Assembly (NCBI GenBank): GCA_900541825.1
Contig: UQLJ01000005.1
Location: forward strand, 9,482-73,481
Source of the DNA: an uncultured Collinsella sp.
GTDB taxonomy: Bacteria; Actinomycetota; Coriobacteriia; Coriobacteriales; Coriobacteriaceae
Direction of reading: 5' to 3'
DNA: 64,000 nt
Of this stretch, positions 60,719-64,000 are shown piece after piece. Positions within the stretch are counted from its first letter, which is position 1; each line of letters begins with the position of its first letter. Made by a program: the position numbers and the translations under genes. The notes beneath the pieces are model-generated. The model searched no databases and had not been told where the DNA came from. It saw nothing but the letters and a program-made list of their open reading frames with translations.

Positions 60719-61991
60719 GAATGCCCACGTCGTCGACCCGTCCGTCGAGCTTGACGGTGTCGTTGACGTCCTGATTGACGGCGACAAGATCGCCGAGGTC
60801 GGCGAGAATCTCGCCGTCGAGGGAGCCGAGGTCCGCGACCTTTCCGGCAAGTACCTCGTCCCCGGCCTGGTGGATATGCACGTTCACCTTCGCGAGCCCG
60901 GCTACGAGGTCAAAGAGGACATCGAGAGCGGTACCCGCGCAGCTGCCAAGGGCGGCTTTACCGGCGTGTGCGCCATGCCCAACACCGATCCCGTCACCGA
61001 TAACGGCACTGTCGTGGAGTTCGTCAAGTCCCGCGCTGCCGAGGTCGGCCACTGCCGCGTCTATCCGTCGGGCGCCATGACCCGCGGTCTTAAGGGCGAG
61101 GCCATGTCCGAGATGGGCGATATGGTCGCCCACGGCGCCGTCGCCTTCACCGACGACGGCCGCGGCGTGCAGGGCGCAGGCATGCTCCGTCGCTGCATGG
61201 ACTACGGCAAGATGTTCGGCAAGGTCTTTATGAGCCACTGCCAGGACGAGGACCTGGTCGGTCACGGCCAGATCAACGAGGGCAAGGTCTCGACCCGTCT
61301 GGCCCTCGAGGGCTGGCCGGCTGCCGGCGAGGAGCTCCAGATCGCCCGCGACATCGAGATCGCCAAGCTGACCGGTGCCAAGCTGCACATCCAGCACATC
61401 TCCACCGCCCATGGTCTGGAGATCGTGCGTGCCGGTAAGGCTGCTGGCGTTCAGGTTACCTGCGAGGCTACCCCGCACCACATGTTCCTGACCGAGAACG
61501 ACCTGGACGAGACCTACAACACCTCGCTCAAGGTCAATCCGCCGCTGCGTACCGAGGAAGATGCCGAGGCCATCCGTCAGGGCGTCATCGACGGCACCGT
61601 CGACGCTATCGTCACCGATCACGCTCCCCACACCCCGTGGGAGAAGGCCCGCGAGTTCGAGCTTGCGCCCTTTGGCATGATCGGCCTCGAGACCTCCCTG
61701 TCGCTCGTACTCACCGAGCTGGTCAACACGGGCAAGATGAGCGTGGGCCGCATGGTTGAGCTCATGGCTATCAAGCCTCGTGAGATTCTGGGCCTCGACC
61801 AGGTTCAGGTCAAGGCGGGCTCCGTTGCCGACCTGACCGTGTTCGACCCCTCTGCCACCTGGACGGTCGGCGAGGACGGTTACGAGTCGCGCGCCGAGAA
61901 CTCCGGTTTTGCCGGCCGCACGCTTACCGGTCGTGCCACCGATGTGTTTGTCGGCGGTAAGCAGACGCTCGCCGACGGCTGCATCTGCTAG
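60702..61991 (+). CDS. pyrC: dihydroorotase
   Basis: MALLLKNAHVVDP...PGLVDMHVHLREPG is the canonical amidohydrolase start. The track ORF from 60546 is an upstream extension inside pyrB. Confidence 0.94.
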   Translation: MALLLKNAHVVDPSVELDGVVDVLIDGDKIAEVGENLAVEGAEVRDLSGKYLVPGLVDMHVHLREPGYEVKEDIESGTRAAAKGGFTGVCAMPNTDPVTDNGTVVEFVKSRAAEVGHCRVYPSGAMTRGLKGEAMSEMGDMVAHGAVAFTDDGRGVQGAGMLRRCMDYGKMFGKVFMSHCQDEDLVGHGQINEGKVSTRLALEGWPAAGEELQIARDIEIAKLTGAKLHIQHISTAHGLEIVRAGKAAGVQVTCEATPHHMFLTENDLDETYNTSLKVNPPLRTEEDAEAIRQGVIDGTVDAIVTDHAPHTPWEKAREFELAPFGMIGLETSLSLVLTELVNTGKMSVGRMVELMAIKPREILGLDQVQVKAGSVADLTVFDPSATWTVGEDGYESRAENSGFAGRTLTGRATDVFVGGKQTLADGCIC

Positions 61992-62011
61992 CATAGCCTT
62001 ATCGCTTTTGT

Positions 62012-62054
62012 GCGCGGTGCCCTTGCGGTGCCGCGCTTTCTGTTCGTTTTGACC
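62012..62054 (+). terminator. hairpin plus U-rich tract between pyrC and pyrK (internal attenuator or partial terminator)
   Basis: GCGCGGTGCC-CTTGC-GGTGCCGCGC, a 10-bp stem with two G.U pairs, followed by TTTCTGTTCGTTTT. Confidence 0.5.
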
Positions 62055-62083
62055 ATGCAATCGCATGGGGGATTGGAGCGTCT

Positions 62084-62875
62084 ATGCCCACACCTTCCAC
62101 TGCACGCATGCACGACTTCGAGGTCGTCTCGAACCAGGAGATCGCCGACGGCATCTTCTCGCTCGTTATTTCGGCCCCCAAGCTTGCAAGTGCGCTCAAG
62201 CCCGGTCAGTTTGTGAACATCGCCGTGCCCGGCGATGCCTCCTCGCTGCTTCGCGTGCCCTTGAGCTTCTATCGCGCCGACGCCGAGGCCGGTACCGTCG
62301 AGCTGTGGTACGCCGTCGTGGGCGACGACACCCGTCGCCTGTCGCAGATGACCCCCGGCTCCAAGTCCAACCTGTTGGGCCCTGGCGGTCGCGGCTGGCT
62401 TGTTCCCGAGGGCACCAGGAAGGCGTTGCTCGTGGCAGGCGGCATCGGTGTTCCGCCCGTGCTCTGCCTCGCTGGCATGCTTGCCGAGCAGGGCGTGGAT
62501 GTCGACGTGTGCCTGGGCTTTGGCACCGCTTCCAAGGCCGTGGGTGTCGATGAGTTCCGCGCGCTGGGCGCCACGGTCAACGTGTGCACCGACGACGGCT
62601 CGCTGGGCTCGCACGGTTTTTGCACCGACCCGGCAGCCGAGCTGCTCGGCGAGGGCGGCTACGACTACGTCGCCAGCTGCGGCCCCGCCGTCATGATGAA
62701 GAAAGTCGCCGCCGCTGCCGCCGAGGCCGGTGCGTACTGCGAGGTGTCGCTCGAGCGCATGATGAGCTGTGGCTTTGGCGCCTGCAACACCTGCAATGTC
62801 GAGACGGTCGACGGTATGAAGGGTGCTTGCATGTGCGGCCCCGTGTTCGATGCTTCCAAGGTGGTGGTCTTCTAG
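62084..62875 (+). CDS. pyrK: dihydroorotate dehydrogenase B electron-transfer subunit
   Basis: FAD/NAD-binding ferredoxin-reductase fold (GQFVNI, LLGPGGRG, VAGGIGVPP) and a C-terminal 2Fe-2S Cys cluster (CGFGACNTC...CMCGPVF). Confidence 0.9.
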   Translation: MPTPSTARMHDFEVVSNQEIADGIFSLVISAPKLASALKPGQFVNIAVPGDASSLLRVPLSFYRADAEAGTVELWYAVVGDDTRRLSQMTPGSKSNLLGPGGRGWLVPEGTRKALLVAGGIGVPPVLCLAGMLAEQGVDVDVCLGFGTASKAVGVDEFRALGATVNVCTDDGSLGSHGFCTDPAAELLGEGGYDYVASCGPAVMMKKVAAAAAEAGAYCEVSLERMMSCGFGACNTCNVETVDGMKGACMCGPVFDASKVVVF

Positions 62876-62889
62876 TGGGTACCGTGAAC

Positions 62890-63798
62890 ATGGCCGTCGA
62901 TTTCGGCGGCGTCAAGATGCAGAACCCCATCAACACCGCAGCCGGTACCTTTGGCTACGGTTGGCAGTTTCAGAACTTCTTTGATGTTTCCCAGCTGGGC
63001 GCCATCACCACCAAGGGTTGCGCTGCCGAGCCCTGGCCCGGAAATCCCGCGCCCCGCATGGCCGAGATTCCCGGCGGTATGATCAACTCCGTGGGCCTTC
63101 AGAACCCCGGCGTGGCCGCCTTTGCCCGCGAGTCCGGTCCGTGGCTCGAACAGCTGTCCAAGGACGGCTGCCAGGTCATCTGTCAGGTTGCCGGCCACTC
63201 CGTTGACGAGTTTGTCCGCGCACTCGAGATGTATGTCGAGCTGTGCCCCTGGGCTGCCGGCTACGAGATCAACGTGAGCTGCCCCAATATCGCCGCCGGC
63301 GGTGCCGCCATGGGCTCCACGCCCGAGGGCGCCTCTTCCGTTATGGCTGCCTGCCGCAAGGTGACCGATAAGCCGCTGTTCGTGAAGATGGCGCCGGTCA
63401 ACGTCGCTGAGATCGCCAAGGCCCTCGAGGCTGCCGGCGCCGACGGCCTTTCGGTCATCAACTCCATCCAGGGCATGGCCATCGACGTCCATACCCGCAA
63501 GTCCCGCGTGGCCAAGCCCAAGGGCGGCCTTTCGGGCCCGCTGTGCCACCACATCGCCGTGCGCATGGTCTGGGAGGTTGCCCAGGCCGTCGATATCCCC
63601 ATCAACGGTGTCGGCGGCGTCATGACCGGCGAGGATGCGGCTGAGTTTATCCTGGCCGGTGCCACCTGCGTGTCGGTCGGCATGGCCAACTTCGTCGATC
63701 CGTGCGCTTCGCTCAAGATCGCGCACGAGCTCGAGGCCTGGGCCGAGTCCCAGGGCGTAAAGGACATCAACGAGCTGGTAGGTGCTTTCGAATGCTAG
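62890..63798 (+). CDS. pyrD: dihydroorotate dehydrogenase B catalytic subunit
   Basis: MAVDFGGVKMQNPINTAAGTFGYG and NVSCPN are class 1B DHODH motifs. GTG 62875 and GTG 62884 are alternative starts. The track ORF from 62584 is an extension inside pyrK. Confidence 0.93.
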   Translation: MAVDFGGVKMQNPINTAAGTFGYGWQFQNFFDVSQLGAITTKGCAAEPWPGNPAPRMAEIPGGMINSVGLQNPGVAAFARESGPWLEQLSKDGCQVICQVAGHSVDEFVRALEMYVELCPWAAGYEINVSCPNIAAGGAAMGSTPEGASSVMAACRKVTDKPLFVKMAPVNVAEIAKALEAAGADGLSVINSIQGMAIDVHTRKSRVAKPKGGLSGPLCHHIAVRMVWEVAQAVDIPINGVGGVMTGEDAAEFILAGATCVSVGMANFVDPCASLKIAHELEAWAESQGVKDINELVGAFEC

Positions 63799-64000
63799 AG
63801 ACCGATGCCCGCGACCGCGTAATCGTCGCCCTCGACTGCGATCGTGAGCGTGCGCTCGAGCTCGCCCACGAGCTTTCGGGCCATGCCGCCTGGCTCAAGG
63901 TTGGCATGACGCTCTATTACGCTGAGGGCCCCGAGATCGTCAAGACCTTTAAGGACCTGGGCTTTAAGGTCTTCCTTGACCTTAAGTTCCATGATATTCC
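63792..64000 (+). CDS. pyrF: orotidine 5'-phosphate decarboxylase (partial; 3' end outside window)
   Basis: Reading from ATG 63792 gives MLETDARDRVIVALDCD...LKVGMTLYY...VFLDLKFHDIP, with the canonical OMPdecase DxKxxD motif. The frame is open to the window edge, so it is absent from the ORF track. Confidence 0.9.
   Translation, partial: MLETDARDRVIVALDCDRERALELAHELSGHAAWLKVGMTLYYAEGPEIVKTFKDLGFKVFLDLKFHDI

Overview
GC-rich, tightly packed core-chromosome window with 60 CDS (two truncated by the window edges) and 1 tRNA. It probably comes from a high-GC Gram-positive of the Coriobacteriia type; this is inferred from gene content and Firmicutes-like synteny and cannot be verified here. Gene order: shikimate/tyrosine operon on the minus strand (aroC partial, aroA, aroB, tyrA, aroF); tRNA-Arg(CCG); P-type cation ATPase; zinc-ribbon membrane protein; cyclophilin; TPR membrane protein; a near gap-free run mreB-mreC-mreD-PBP2-rodA-unknown-radical SAM (TIGR03960-like)-DUF2344-like; rplU-rpmA-obg-nadD-yqeK-rsfS; dinB (minus); rpsP-KH-rimM-trmD-lepB; glyQ-glyS; PPDK regulator and ppdK; rplS-rnhB-yraN-Mg-chelatase-like ATPase-dprA-trmFO-xerC; rpsB-tsf-pyrH-frr-uppS-cdsA-dxr-rseP-ispG-proS; APH-like kinase and adhE (minus); an HUH/Y1 transposase-like gene flanked by inverted 33-nt repeats; rpmB (minus); pyrR-pyrB-pyrC-pyrK-pyrD-pyrF (partial). 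I saw no rRNA, CRISPR array, prophage or recognisable defence island. Most of the window is ordinary housekeeping DNA, and I found no convincing evidence for a wholly new multi-gene system. The best leads are: (1) the repeat-flanked RAYT-like module at 57.36-58.44 kb; (2) the uncharacterised ORF and radical-SAM pair fused to the elongasome operon; (3) several leader structures (aro, ppdK, pyr). The many long antisense ORFs in the track are codon-aligned shadow frames of real genes and were rejected.
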